A stretch of 63,994 bases of DNA, counting the filler, from Octopus bimaculoides (lineage: Eukaryota): the NCBI RefSeq assembly GCF_001194135.2. It is 5 parts of 5 records of this genome, joined end to end, with 100 filler letters (N's around TTAATTAATTAA, not from the genome) between each part and the next. Parts side by side here need not be neighbours in the genome. Positions count along the whole stretch, not along the records: positions 28,914 to 56,430 come from NC_068989.1; 4 more parts are not named here. One strand, given 5' to 3'. This document shows, piece after piece, positions 35,547 through 48,498 of the stretch. The notes under the pieces are model-generated. The model was given only the letters and a program-made list of their open reading frames with translations, did not search any database and had not been told where the DNA came from. Made by a program: the position numbers and the translations under genes. How positions within the stretch are numbered: the first letter of the stretch is position 1; the number at the start of each line of letters is the position of its first letter.

Positions 35547-37052
35547 GTATATACATACACAAGGGTTTTTTTCAGTTTCAGCCGTCCAGATTCGCTCACA
35601 AGGCTTTGGTCAGCCCAAGGCTATAATAGAAGACATTTGCTGAGGGTGTCATGCTGTGAGACGGAACCCTGAACCATGTGGTTGGGAAGCAAGCTTCTTA
35701 CCACACAGTCTGTAACCATAACACACTTCCTTTCAATACTTTTATTTGGTCTTCATTGGCTTTCTGTCTGTCTGTCTCTGATGCTGCTATAAAATTGCCA
35801 CCACTCCCACCCACCCCTCTAACCCTGTTAGTCCCTTCCTTACTGAGTCGTTCTTCTATAATTACCATCAACCATCCGGACGCCAGCCATTAGTATCAAC
35901 CAAGCACTGGCCAAAAACTATTAAATCTGCCATCAACATCCCTCATCACCACTGTCGCACTGAACACCACTCACGCTGCCACCAACATCATAATCTATCC
36001 CTCTGCGAACCAAGCCAACAAGGCGATGCCCAGATTGCTAGAAATAACAGCGAAATTTTCATTTTCCTCTGAGAAGAGAGGAACACATTGAATGATGTAG
36101 TCCTAAATATACAATGCCCAAGAGGATGATGGTATGGTATGGTATGGTATGGTATGGGACGGGGTGTGATGGATGGTTATGGTTGGAATGCCTTTGATCA
36201 TAAGCCTGTTTGATCAGAGCCTGACCTGGGGCTAAACTACTACTTTTCATTACCACTACTACCACCATTACTGCAACTACTACAATCACCACATCTGTCA
36301 ATTACTACATCCACCACCATTTCTAAACCACTCTTACTTGCACTATTGAGACCTTCACCACCACCACCACCACCACTACTACTGCTACGTCTCTGCTACC
36401 CTGACTCTACTATTACTACTACTACTACTACCCCCACCATTGTGTAATCTGGGATGACTTAATAATATCACCACCCCCTCTCCCTTTCGCTCTTTCTCCC
36501 CTTCCCTGACACTCCACCTCTTCCTCTCCTAATCACCTTTCATCAGCCATCCAATTACTACCACCACTATCAGCACTACTATCACCGCTACCCTCATTAC
36601 TACTACCACTACTACCACTGCTGCTAAAGAATTTAAACAAAAGTAAATGGTAACTGCCATGAAACCTTAGAATTTTTTAAAATTTATTTTTATTGTTTTT
36701 TTTTTGTTATGTTTTTGTTTTGTTTCTTTTTTGTTTTGTTTTGTTTTGAGGGTTTTTTTCTCCCCCATCTCTAAGATTAGGAAAATGTCTTTCTCCCAAG
36801 CGATTCTCTCAGAGTGATGAAAAGCAGTTTCGACTGGTATTGGAAGAGGGAAGGGACATTGACAAATTACCATCACCACCATCATCATCATAATCATCAA
36901 AACATTGTTGTCAGATATGATTTCTTACGTGGCTATGTGGTTAAGAAGCTTGCTCTACAACCACATGGTTTCAGGTTCAGTCCCACTGTGTGGCACCTTG
37001 AGCCAAAAAAATGCCCTGTGAGTGGGTCTGGTCGACAGAAACCTCCACTCCT

Positions 37053-37287
37053 AAGGTGGCGAGCTGGCAGAAACGTTAGCACGCCGGGCGAAATGCTTAG
37101 CGGTACTTCGTCTGCCATTACATTCTGAGTTCAAATTCTGCCGAGGTCAACTTTGCCTTTCATCCTTTCAGGGGTCAAAAATTAAGTATCAGATATGCAC
37201 TGGGGTCAATGTAATCAACTTAATCCCTTTGTCTGTCCTCGTTTGTCCCCTCTATGTTTAGCCCCTTGTGGGCAATAAAGAAATAAA
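37053..37287 (+). mobile_element. SINE family B, full length, tail type 1; preceded by a SINE A head at ~36930-37000
   Basis: aaggtggcgagctggcagaaacgttagc ... ccccttgtgggcaataaagaaataaag. Confidence 0.9.
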
Positions 37288-37584
37288 GTCACTGCATAAG
37301 AGCCCATTGTATATATTATATATGTGTGTGTTTGCGCGTGTGTGTGTTTGCGCATGTGTGTGTCTTTGTCTCTCACACACATATGCATGCTACTGGACAA
37401 CCAGTGCTGATTTGTTTATGTCTCTATAACTTAGTGGTTCAGCAAAAGACACTGATAGAGTATGCACCAGGGTTCTATGTAACCAAGTGTTCCATCCTGC
37501 TCCTAAATTTCCGGTCTTTTGCTTCTGTGAGAAATAATAATCGCTGAGTCCCCTTAAGTAATTTGGACACAGGTTGTGATGAAA

Positions 37585-37773
37585 TCATCATCATCATTAT
37601 CATCGTTTAACGTCCACTTTCCATGCTAGCATGGGTTGGACGATTTGTCTGAGGACTGGCAAACCGGATGGCAACACCAGGCTCCAATCTGATTTGGCAG
37701 AGTTTCTACAGCTGGATGCCCTTCCTAACGCCAACCACTCTAAGAGTGTAGTGGGTGCTTTTACATGCCACCG
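37585..37773 (-). mobile_element. 5'-truncated RTE LINE tail with (ATC)n
   Basis: atcatcatc...gtttaacgtccactttccatgctagcatgggttgg...cttttacatgccacc, flanked by gtgatg on both sides. Confidence 0.85.
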
Positions 37774-37789
37774 TGATGTTCTTTAATGT

Positions 37790-38290
37790 TCACTCACACT
37801 CCTTAACCTCCACTCACGCTCTTTAACCTCCACTTACACTCTTTAACTTCCAATCACGCTCTTTAGCCTCCACACATGCTCCTTAATCTCCACTCACACT
37901 TCTTAACCTCCACTCATGCTCCTTAACCTCCACTCATGTTCCTTAACCTCCACCACGCTCTTTAACCTCCACTCACACACCTTAGCCTCTACACATGCTC
38001 CTTAACCTCCACACACCTTCTTAACCTCCACTCACCTTCATAACCTCCACTCACACTTCTTAACCTCCACTCATGTCCCTCCCACTTACATTCCACATCT
38101 CCACTCGTGTCCCTCCCACTTACATTCCACATCTCCACTCATGTCCCTCCCACTTACATTCCACATCTCCACTCATGTTCCTCACTTCCATGCACACTCT
38201 TACACACACACACACACACACTCGCACACTCTTACACACACACACACACTCGCACACTCTTACACACACTCGCACACTCTTATACTTTTG
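37790..38290. repeat. Compound minisatellite: ~20-bp units, then 34-bp units x3, then CA-rich units
   Basis: ctccttaacctccactcac variants; ctccactcatgtccctcccacttacattccacat x3 (~38065-38170); cacactcttacacaca units. Confidence 0.9.
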
Positions 38291-40221
38291 ATCTGGAGGG
38301 CAAAGCCAGAACTGGTGTTAAGAAAAAAAAACAAAAAAGACAAAACTGCAATAGCCTTCGGAGGCAAGAAGGAACGTAATATAAAATGTTACAAGCGATG
38401 TAAAGAAGTGCACAATGATGAAATGAAGAGAGCGAGGTAGTGCACGCGTGCGCACGTGTGTGTGTGAGAAAGAACAAGAGGGAAAACTTCCCTCGTTTGC
38501 AATGATCCCTTGTCACAGTATATTAGACCCTACAGCTGTACAGACAGGCCTAAATCAAATCAACCACCTCTTTTTCTTTCTGTTTTATGAACTCTTCCTC
38601 TCTCCATCTCTCTCCCTCTCTTTATATATATATATATATAACTAAANNNNNNNNNNNNNNNNNNNNNNNNNNNNNNNNNNNNNNNNNNNNNNNNNNNNNN
38701 NNNNNNNNNNNNNNNNNNNNNNNNNNNNNNNNNNNNNNNNNNNNNNNNNNNNNNNNNNNNNNNNNNNNNNNNNNNNNNNNNNNNNNNNNNNNNNNNNNNN
38801 NNNNNNNNNNNNNNNNNNNNNNNNNNNNNNNNNNNNNNNNNNNNNNNNNNNNNNNNNNNNNNNNNNNNNNNNNNNNNNNNNNNNNNNNNNNNNNNNNNNN
38901 NNNNNNNNNNNNNNNNNNNNNNNNNNNNNNNNNNNNNNNNNNNNNNNNNNNNNNNNNNNNNNNNNNNNNNNNNNNNNNNNNNNNNNNNNNNNNNNNNNNN
39001 NNNNNNNNNNNNNNNNNNNNNNNNNNNNNNNNNNNNNNNNNNNNNNNNNNNNNNNNNNNNNNNNNNNNNNNNNNNNNNNNNNNNNNNNNNNNNNNNNNNN
39101 NNNNNNNNNNNNNNNNNNNNNNNNNNNNNNNNNNNNNNNNNNNNNNNNNNNNNNNNNNNNNNNNNNNNNNNNNNNNNNNNNNNNNNNNNNNNNNNNNNNN
39201 NNNNNNNNNNNNNNNNNNNNNNNNNNNNNNNNNNNNNNNNNNNNNNNNNNNNNNNNNNNNNNNNNNNNNNNNNNNNNNNNNNNNNNNNNNNNNNNNNNNN
39301 NNNNNNNNNNNNNNNNNNNNNNNNNNCATACATATTTAAATACGCACATACACACACACATTGTTTGAAATTCGTTTTCTTTCCTGCAACCATAGCCTCT
39401 GAAACTGTCCCTCACCTCTCTGCATCCCCTCCATTTTCCTCATCCTTACCACTCCACCTGTGTTTCTACACACACCCACACACCCACACCCACACACATA
39501 CACACGTTATATCCCCATCCTCTCCTTTTTCAGCTCTACTACCATTCCCTTCGCTTGTTCCCCCCTCTTTCTTCCCCTTATTTCACCCTGTTTCCGTTGC
39601 CTCCCCCCCTAGCCTACTTTAAGAAGTACTATTAAATTCATGTTGTCCCTTGTGTTACGGCTGCAGCTCATATGTAGCTTGTACCCTGAAGGGACGAAGC
39701 TCACCACCGTCATCATTCCCTGCGTCATCGTCGTCATCGTTCGTGTTGGTGTTGGCAGCAATATCTCCGCTGTCAACATTATCATCACCAAGAGACATTA
39801 TTATATCATCACAGTTCTACAACATTAACGGTTAATCCCCCCACTCAATCACTGCTGATCACATACCACTTAGGCATACCTGCAGCACCTCAGATCACCG
39901 ATTCATTTTAAATTCTCCAATTATGTCAACCATGTCCATATCAGGATGACGGTGGTGGCTGCGACAGGGGTGTTATTTTCCTCATTCCCTCTACCACCGC
40001 CCAACTTCCATTTCTGCAATACCTCCTTTCACCATATTTCCCTCCCTGGGGGTAATGCTTGCACATTTCCTGTTAGGACTTGGATAGATTGCAACAGTGG
40101 CGGTTCTTTCTGAGTCAAGAGCCGACCTCTCTGATAGCCTTTTCACCACCCCGGTGCTCCTCTGCCTCATTTGTCTGCCATGTTCTGGTTCGCATTTCAC
40201 ATGTAAAAAAAAAAATAAAAT

Positions 40222-40758
40222 AGTGGCTGTGTGGTAAGTAGCTTGCTTACCAACCACATGGTTCCGGGTTCAGTCCCACTGCGTGGCATCTTGGGCAAGT
40301 GTCTTCTACTATAGTCTCGGGCCGACCAAAGCCTTGTGAGTGGATTTGGTAGACGGAAACTGAAAGAAGCCCGTCGTATATATGTGTATATATATNNNNN
40401 NNNNNNNNNNNNNNNNNNNNNNNNNNNNNNNNNNNNNNNNNNNNNNNNNNNNNNNNNNNNNNNNNNNNNNNNNNNNNNNNNNNNNNNNNNNNNNNNNNNN
40501 NNNNNNNNNNNNNNNNNNNNNNNNTATATATATATATATATGTATGTATGTGTTTGTGTGTCTGTGTTTGTCCCCCCCAACATCGTTTGACAACCGATGC
40601 TGGTGTGTTTATGTCCCCGTAACTTAGCGGTTCGGCAAAAAGAGACCAATAGAATAAGTACCAGGCTTCTAAAGAATAAGTCCTGGGGTCGATTTTCTCA
40701 ACGAAGAAGGCAGTGCTCCAGCATGGCCAGTCAAAATGACTGAAACAAGTAAAAGAGT
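40222..40758 (+). mobile_element. SINE family A, full length (gap in spacer)
   Basis: Complete head, core and 3' half ending gactgaaacaagtaaaagag. Confidence 0.9.
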
Positions 40759-41859
40759 AAATGAATAGTAAATAAAATAGATAAAAATAGAAATAAAGAA
40801 GGAAGAAAAACAAGCAGCAACAACTACAGCAGCCATTCACTATTACTGACGCTGAGATACTGAATATTTGCTGTTCGTTCTCATAATATATTTGGATTGG
40901 ATGTAACAAGCATTGGCCGCAGATTTAAACCTCGATCGTTATTGCAGAAAGCTAAGCTCAGCTGTACATACAGACGCACAGTGCAGTTTTGTAACCTGCG
41001 GCTGCACTACCCTCAACAACAGATTCATCAAATGAGATGTGTGACTCCAGTGTGGAGATGGTGGTAGTAAGTGGTTGGCGGCTGGTCGGATGGCAAATTG
41101 TTTATTTAGCTTTCTCTAACCTTTTAAGCATGTCTTTCCCTCGTTGCTGGTCTCCAGAATTTGTTCTCATCTCATCATGGTATCCAACCATGATTGAAAT
41201 AACTGATGGAAGATACAATAAATAAATGCCAGATATTGGTTCGACTGAAAAGTTAGAGAGAGGTCAATAATTTGATTGTAAATGTCATTATGAACAGCAT
41301 AAAATAGTGGAGTCTGTGTTCCCTGTTGTGTACATTAGAAAGAAACTGAGATTAGCAAAGCTTTACGACTGAGACAGTGTTGTGTTTGTCTAAGAAATAT
41401 ACTAACAAATTTCCCAGTCGATAACGAGAGCCATCCGAAAGCCAGAAGGCGTTCAGAAGTCAAGTGGAAACATTTCATAAAGCTATGCCTTGAGGGCTTC
41501 AAACTTGTTTAGAGATGCCACACTGGGTTGGCCTGGAGGGTTAGTGAATGTACTGGACTTGAGGAAGAACGTGTCAAACCAAGTTAATTGCTGATGTTCT
41601 ATTTTACTCTCTCTCTCTTTCTCCTTAATCCATTAAAAGTGGACACAACTGTTTCGAGAGTTCACCTTCGTGATAAACTTATGGGGTAGTGTAAGGAAAT
41701 TCTCTGACTTTATCATAAGATTTATTTAATTTTAGATTTCACTTCAACCTCCTTAAATCTGCCTGCTCTCAAATATCTCAGGGAGCTTGTAGGTTTATTG
41801 TGTATACATCAGTGTATGTTTTCAGGAGTAGCTGCTGTGTTAGTAACTCTCATTCAGTC

Positions 41860-41926
<67 letters not shown>

Positions 41927-41932
<6 letters not shown>

Positions 41933-42084
41933 TATAGGGGATGACCACTAGGTGGATATCCAATATGCTAGAAAGAGGTCATCAACGACCCAACCACAGC
42001 ATTATTTTTCTTTGTGGTTGGGTTGTTGATGACGTCTTTCTAGCATATTGGATGTCCACCTAGTGGTCATCCCTTATACACGTG
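41927..42084. mobile_element. 158-bp hairpin MITE-like element
   Basis: cacgtgtataggggatgaccactaggtgg...acccaaccaca / tgtggttgggt...ccacctagtggtcatcccttatacacgtg; arms ~72 bp. Confidence 0.8.
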
Positions 42085-42406
42085 CAATACAATTCTTTCT
42101 GAATTTTCAGATTTTTTTATATGCTAGGCCACTTGGTTTTAAAAAGAAGCCTGTCGTATATATGTGTTTGTGTGTCTGTGTTTGTCTCCCCAACATCACT
42201 TGACAACCGATGCTGGTGTGTTTATGTCCCCCGTAACTTAGCGGTTCGGCAAAAGAGACCGCTAGAATAAGTACTAGGCTTACAATGAATAAGTCCTGGG
42301 GTTGATTTGCTCGACTGAAGGCGGTGCTCCAGCATGGCCGCAGTCAAATAACAGAAACAAGTAAAAGAGAATAATGAGTATATTAGAAGTCAATATATAT
42401 ATACAT

Positions 42407-42521
42407 ATCATCATCATCATCATCATCATCATCGTTTAACGTCCGCTTTCCATGCTAGCATGGGTTGGACGATTTGACTGAGGACTGGTGAAACCGGATG
42501 GCAACACCAGGCTCCAATCTA
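42407..42521 (-). mobile_element. Short RTE LINE tail inserted in an (AT)n tract
   Basis: (ATC)n gtttaacgtccgctttccatgctagc...caggctccaatcta, with (AT)n on both sides. Confidence 0.85.
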
Positions 42522-43094
42522 ATATATATATATATGACAAGCTTCTTTCAGTTTCCCTTCTGTTAAATCCACTTATAAATCTTTGGTTTGTGTTAGGCTG
42601 TAGCAGAAGACACTAGCCCGATGTGTGTCAGACAGTGGAAACTTGACGTAAACTTGACCACGTGGCTGGGAAGCAAATTTCTTAACCACACAGCCTCAAT
42701 GAATACACATGGAAAAGTTTGTGGTTATTAAACTGGTATTCAGAACAGAACTTCAAAAACTTCTCACATAAAATTTTGATAAGCTCTTCATTTAAATATG
42801 AACACTTTCAAAACTTAAATGGATGAATCAGAGGCCATGGTCTCCAGTTGGTTAGTATCAAAAGGATAATCAAATAAGCATTCTTCTCTGGACTGTGCTT
42901 TCTCTTCCTCTTCCCCCACCTCCCTCCTTACCTTGGCAGACAGTAGAAAGGACTATATACTTTTGAGACAGTTTTATCAACGCTGACCTTTTGCATGTCA
43001 GCCTAAATCTGGCAATATTTATTACACTGGCTCCAAAACTTGGCAGCATTTTAAAATACAATGTAGTAAAAGAAAGAAAAGATGTAAGGTAATG

Positions 43095-43135
<41 letters not shown>

Positions 43136-43420
43136 CTTGCGCACACACCTTGCATGGTTTATTGACAATGGTACTGAAGAAAAAAGTATACAATAGGGGA
43201 TTTGAGCATTCTATTAGCTAAACACACACACACACACATGTAACTGGAGGTTCGCTTATGTAATATAGCAAGTTGAGAAAGATTTATCATTGCAATTAGA
43301 AAACAAAGACTCTCTCTCTCCTCTGGTGATGTTTATAATCTAAAAACTATAATTAAAGGTGATAAGTTTAATAATCAGCTAATTTCAATACTTGTAAAAA
43401 TACAGGACATACTTGTAAGT

Positions 43421-43830
43421 GCAGGTGTGGTAGTTTTGTTAAGAAGTTTGTTTTGTAACCACATGGTTTTTGGTTCAACCTCATTGCTTGGCACCTTGGG
43501 CAAGTATCTTCTTCTTACAGCCCTGGGCCAACTAAATTCTTGTAAGTGTATTTGGTAGACAGAAACTGAAAGAAGCAGCGAGCTGGCAGAATCGTTAGCA
43601 CGCCGGGCGAAATGCTTAGCGGTATTTCGTCAGCCGTTACGTTCTGAGTTCAAATTCCGCCGAGGTCGACTTTGCCTTTCATCCTTTCGAGGGTCGATAA
43701 ATTAAGTACCAGTTATGCACTGGGGTCAATGTAATCGACTTAATCCCTTTGTCTGTCCTTGTTTAGCCCCTTGTGGGCAATAAAGAAATAAGAAACTGAA
43801 AGAAACCTATTGTGTGTGTGTGTGTGTGTT
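43421..43830 (+). mobile_element. SINE A head with a nested SINE B (43575-43794) and a 14-bp TSD
   Basis: agaaactgaaagaa at 43561-43574 and 43791-43804 flanks the B copy. Confidence 0.9.
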
Positions 43831-44177
43831 TAGCTAGTAAATGTGTCACCCGTCTAATACAAGAAGTGTCATTCACTTCTGATATTCTGCAAAAACATGT
43901 CTAACCACAGGGAAATATTATCTTGCTCGGAAATGGGTGAGGGTTGGCAACAGGGAAGGCATCTGGTGCATGCAAGCATGGAAAAGTGGACGTTAAAATT
44001 AGAATAAAGATAGATAAACAGACAGAATGATACAGGTACATGATATGAAGGCTTACATACAGAACTTCACGTTCTTCAGCTGCCTGTGGGACCATCAATT
44101 ACAAGAAGTATTTAAGTCTTCCTCTTTTGTTGTTACATTCTGTTTGTCAACACACACACACACACACACATTCATTC

Positions 44178-44428
44178 TTTTATTTCTTTCAGTCATTTGA
44201 CTGTGGCCATGCTGGAGCACCGCCTTTAGTNNNNNNNNNNTCATTTGACTGTGGCCATGCTGGAGCACCGCCTTTAGTCGAACAAATCGACCCCTAGACT
44301 TATTCTTTGTAAGCCTAGTACTTATTCTATTTGTCTATTTTGCCGAACCGCTAAGTTACAGGGACGTAGACACACCAACATCAGTTGTCAAGCGATGTTG
44401 GGGGGACAAACACGGACACACAAACATA

Positions 44429-44512
<84 letters not shown>

Positions 44513-44696
44513 TATACACATATATATATATATGACAGGCTTCTTTCAGCTTCCATCTTCCAAATCCACTCACAATGCTTTGGTCAGCCCAAGGCTATAA
44601 TAGAAGACAATTGCCCAAGGTGCCACGAGTGGGACTGAACCCAGAACCATGTGGTTGGTACGCAAGCTACTTACCACGCAGCCACTCTTGCGCCTA
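44178..44696 (-). mobile_element. SINE family A, full length, long (TA)n spacer
   Basis: Reverse complement of the 52773-53184 copy. Confidence 0.9.
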
Positions 44697-46270
44697 TTCA
44701 TTCATTCATTCATTGTTTAAAACGGTGTCCTTCGGTTTTGTGCCACTTCAAGTTTTACAGGCGCCTTATCTGAGCCTGAAGGAGTTGGGCTCCCCTCAGT
44801 GGCCTTGTGAAACTTGAAGTCACATGGAGCTGACCCAAACTGTTTTAAAACAATACATGTAACTCTTACTCAATGTGCTGAGTGCCCTTTTCTTTCGTTA
44901 ATCCATTCAAGTGTGTTGTGTGTGTTATATCCAGCCAGTCTATTGTAATTGGCAGTATTTCTTCCTCAAACACAACTTGGCCTTTATACTTCGTCAAAAT
45001 ATGAGATAAAAGAGGGTTTGTTGTTGTTTGGTTTATTTATGTTAAACAGCTGCTTGCTATCTAGTGTGCAAGGAAAAGGTGTGGCTGCCAGCTGATCTCC
45101 AAAATCTTAGAATTTTAAATCCCTCTGGGGGGGGTTTTCTTTCATCTTTCTGAAGGAAAAGGTTGATAAAATAAATACCAGTAATGTACTGAGAATTTTG
45201 TTAATTAAACTTAACCCCTATAAATCTATAGCCCTTGTGCAATATTAATATTGTAAGAAATTAGGTGAATGTAAATTGACTAATCCCTTTTTCCCCCCAA
45301 ATTTCTATGTCTTGTGTATTATCTACTCCTTTTTGTTATAAATAATGGATTTTTCATTTGTTTATCATCAAATCAAACCTGTATAATTTTTTTAAATAGG
45401 TGAAATAACTGTCTAATGTCTATCTCTACGTGCAGATCAGTGACTGAAAGTTAAGCCTACTGTGTGCGTGTGCACGTGCATTTGTGTTCTTGTGTGTACA
45501 TGCATGTGTATAGTATTCAATCCCGCTTTGATTATACAGGCGTAGTACATATTTATGTGGGAAAATATACGAAGATTACATTCCAGTTTATCTAGCACAT
45601 AAACACACACATACACACGCACACACACATTCTGTACACAGACAAACAGATATATAGATAGCCTCACACATACACATACACAAGTCATCTAAGAGTCCGT
45701 ATGTCAGGGCGAAGATGCACTTATATATCTGTCTGCAGACTAGGTATATTATTCANNNNNNNNNNNNNNNNNNNNNNNNNNNNNNNNNNNNNNNNNNNNN
45801 NNNNNNNNNNNNNNNNNNNNNNNNNNNNNNNNNNNNNNNNNNNNNNNNNNNNNNNNNNNNNNNNNNNNNNNNNNNNNNNNNNNNNNNNNNNNNNNNNNNN
45901 NNNNNNNNNNNNNNNNNNNNNNNNNNNNNNNNNNNNNNNNNNNNNNNNNNNNNNNNNNNNNNNNNNNNNNNNNNNNNNNNNNNNNNNNNNNNNNNNNNNN
46001 NNNNNNNNNNNNNNNNNNNNNNNNNNNNNNNNNNNNNNNNNNNNNNNNNNNNNNNNAACTTCAAAAGCTCAAAGACAATATAATGTATTGGTATATTTAT
46101 TTTTTTATATATTATTTTCTTCATTTTGTACTTCTTTGTAAAAAAACATTTTCATTCTCCCTCTTCTTGAAAATTTGCTTCGCAATAAAAGCCGGTTAGA
46201 GAAATCTTTATTAAAATATGCTTCCAGTTTAGCATTCTGCCTTATTATTTTTCATTTTCCTATATATATA

Positions 46271-46365
46271 TATATATCCAAAGTTTTAAATTTAAAGGAG
46301 AGATTTGACGCTAATATCCATTTAGCATCAAATCTCTCCTTTAAATTTAAAACTTTGGATATATA
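46271..46365. repeat. 95-bp near-perfect palindrome
   Basis: ~44-bp arms, 7-nt loop tatccat, one mismatch. Confidence 0.9.
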
Positions 46366-46442
46366 ACCAAGGAGAACGATCCCTAAGGAGTCTACTTTAG
46401 ACTTTTTGCGATGAAATCTCTTGCTATATTGGTAACGATTAT

Positions 46443-46496
46443 ATCAGTACAGATAGCAAGTCATATATATATATATGACTTGCTATCTGTACTGAT
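46443..46496. repeat. 54-bp perfect palindrome centred on (AT)7
   Basis: atcagtacagatagcaagtc (AT)7 gacttgctatctgtactgat. Confidence 0.9.
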
Positions 46497-48319
46497 TGAT
46501 ATTATTCAACGATAGTATGCTGAAGATAATGCCTTCCTTTATCGCTATCTTAAAAGAAATAAAATGAAATCTTAGAGCACACATATACACACAAGCATGT
46601 GCAGATGGATGTACCAGTGTATGGGCAAATAGATATTATATGTGGCATGTTCTGAGTATCCAGAGCATGAGGAACTTCCACTCACCCCATACAGGCAGAA
46701 TGAATCTGCAATTAATTCTCTTGCCGGTTTGATCCGGTAGACTTCGTAACAAGTTTGTTTATGTGTAGGCAGGCCTTCCCTGCTCCCTCTTCACCTTACT
46801 TGCTCCTTGCAGGGCCCCTAATAAGCTGGTTTCACTCAGATCACCAGGGGACTGAGTGGTATACTTAAGAGATTACCTTAAGATAGATTAAGCCATAGCA
46901 GCCTTTTACCTCCCACAGTCAATCACTCAGAGAACAGGAAGTTATCTCTTTGTATTGAATAAACATTACCTCTCCCCCCCTCTCTCTCTCTCATATACTC
47001 TTTTACTCTTTACTCTTTTACTTGTTTCAGTCATTTGACTGCGGCCATGCTGGAGCACTGCCTTCAAGGGCTGCATGCAGCCAATCAATCAATTTAAGTA
47101 TTTATTTCTCAAGTCTGGTACTTACTATATCAGTCTCTTTGTTGATGAACCCTTTAAGCTACATGGATGTAAACAAACCAGTACTGGTTGTCAAGTGGTG
47201 AGAGACAAACGCAAAACACACATGACAGACTTCTGTGCTGTCTGTCATATTCTCTCTCAAGACATAGGTCAGCCCAGAACTACAGCAGAAAATGGTTGCT
47301 TAACCCTTTGGCATTCAGATTTCTGTCAAATATAATGCTTATTCATTCACATTGACATGAATTAATCCTGTATTATCTCATGAGTTTTGAGATTTCAGAG
47401 ATGTGATTGTATAATATAGGGTTGGTGTGTGAGGCCAGATCTGACTGGTTTGAATATAGGGTAGGTATATATATGTATATATATATATATATATAATGTT
47501 CTCAGTAAAAATTCAGCGACACAACAGACTGTTTTTTTTTTCGTGGTTAGATGATTCGGCATCTATTTCTAGCATATAGGAGTCCACTTTTGCTGGTCAT
47601 TCCTGTTATTTTTGTATGTAATATAATTTTAATCTTCGGATTTTTTTAATATGCTAGACCACTGGTTTTAATTGATTAATATCAATTTCTACCCTCATTA
47701 ATAAATTTATATATATATATATATACTATCTTTCTATCTATCTATCTATCTGTCTATCTATCTATCTATCTTTCTNNNNNNNNNNNNNNNNNNNNNNNNN
47801 NNNNNNNNNNNNNNNNNNNNNNNNNNNNNNNNNNNNNNNNNNNNNNNNNNNNNNNNNNNNNNNNNNNNNNNNNNNNNNNNNNNNNNNNNNNNNNNNNNNN
47901 NNNNNNNNNNNNNNNNNNNNNNNNNNNNNNNNNNNNNNNNNNNNNNNNNNNNNNNNNNNNNNNNNNNNNNNNNNNNNNNNNNNNNNNNNNNNNNNNNNNN
48001 NNNNNNNNNNNNNNNNNNNNNNNNNNNNNNNNNNNNNNNNNNNNNNNNNNNNNNNNNNNNNNNNNNNNNNNNNNNNNNNNNNNNNNNNNNNNNNNNNNNN
48101 NNNNNNNNNNNNNNNNNNNNNNNNNNNNNNNNNNNNNNNNNNNNNNNNNNNNNNNNNNNNNNNNNNNNNNNNNNNNNNNNNNNNNNNNNNNNNNNNNNNN
48201 NNNNNNNNNNNNNNNNNNNNNNNNNNNNNNNNNNNNNNNNNNNNNNNNNNNNNNNNNNNNNNNNNNNNNNNNNNNNNNNNNNNNNNNNNNNNNNNNNNNN
48301 NNNNNNNNNNNNNNNNNNN

Positions 48320-48358
<39 letters not shown>

Positions 48359-48498
48359 TACGACCGGCTTCTTTCAGTTTCCGTCTACCAAATCCACTCA
48401 CAAGGCTTTGGTCAGCCCGAGGCTATAGTAGAAGACACTTGCCCAAGGTGCCATGCAGTGGGACTGAACCCGGAACCATGTGGTTCGTAAGCAAGCTA
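48320..48498 (-). mobile_element. SINE family A 5' half
   Basis: cttctttcagtttccgtctaccaaatccactcacaaggc ... cccggaaccatgtgg. Confidence 0.85.

Noticed and set aside
38065-38170. 34-bp repeats as a CRISPR array
   Set aside because: The units are contiguous with no spacers, there are no cas genes, and the context is eukaryotic.
41645-41680. Minus-strand ATCACGA...CGAAACAGTTGT hammerhead-like motif
   Set aside because: Two core mismatches, G at the cleavage position and no stem I.
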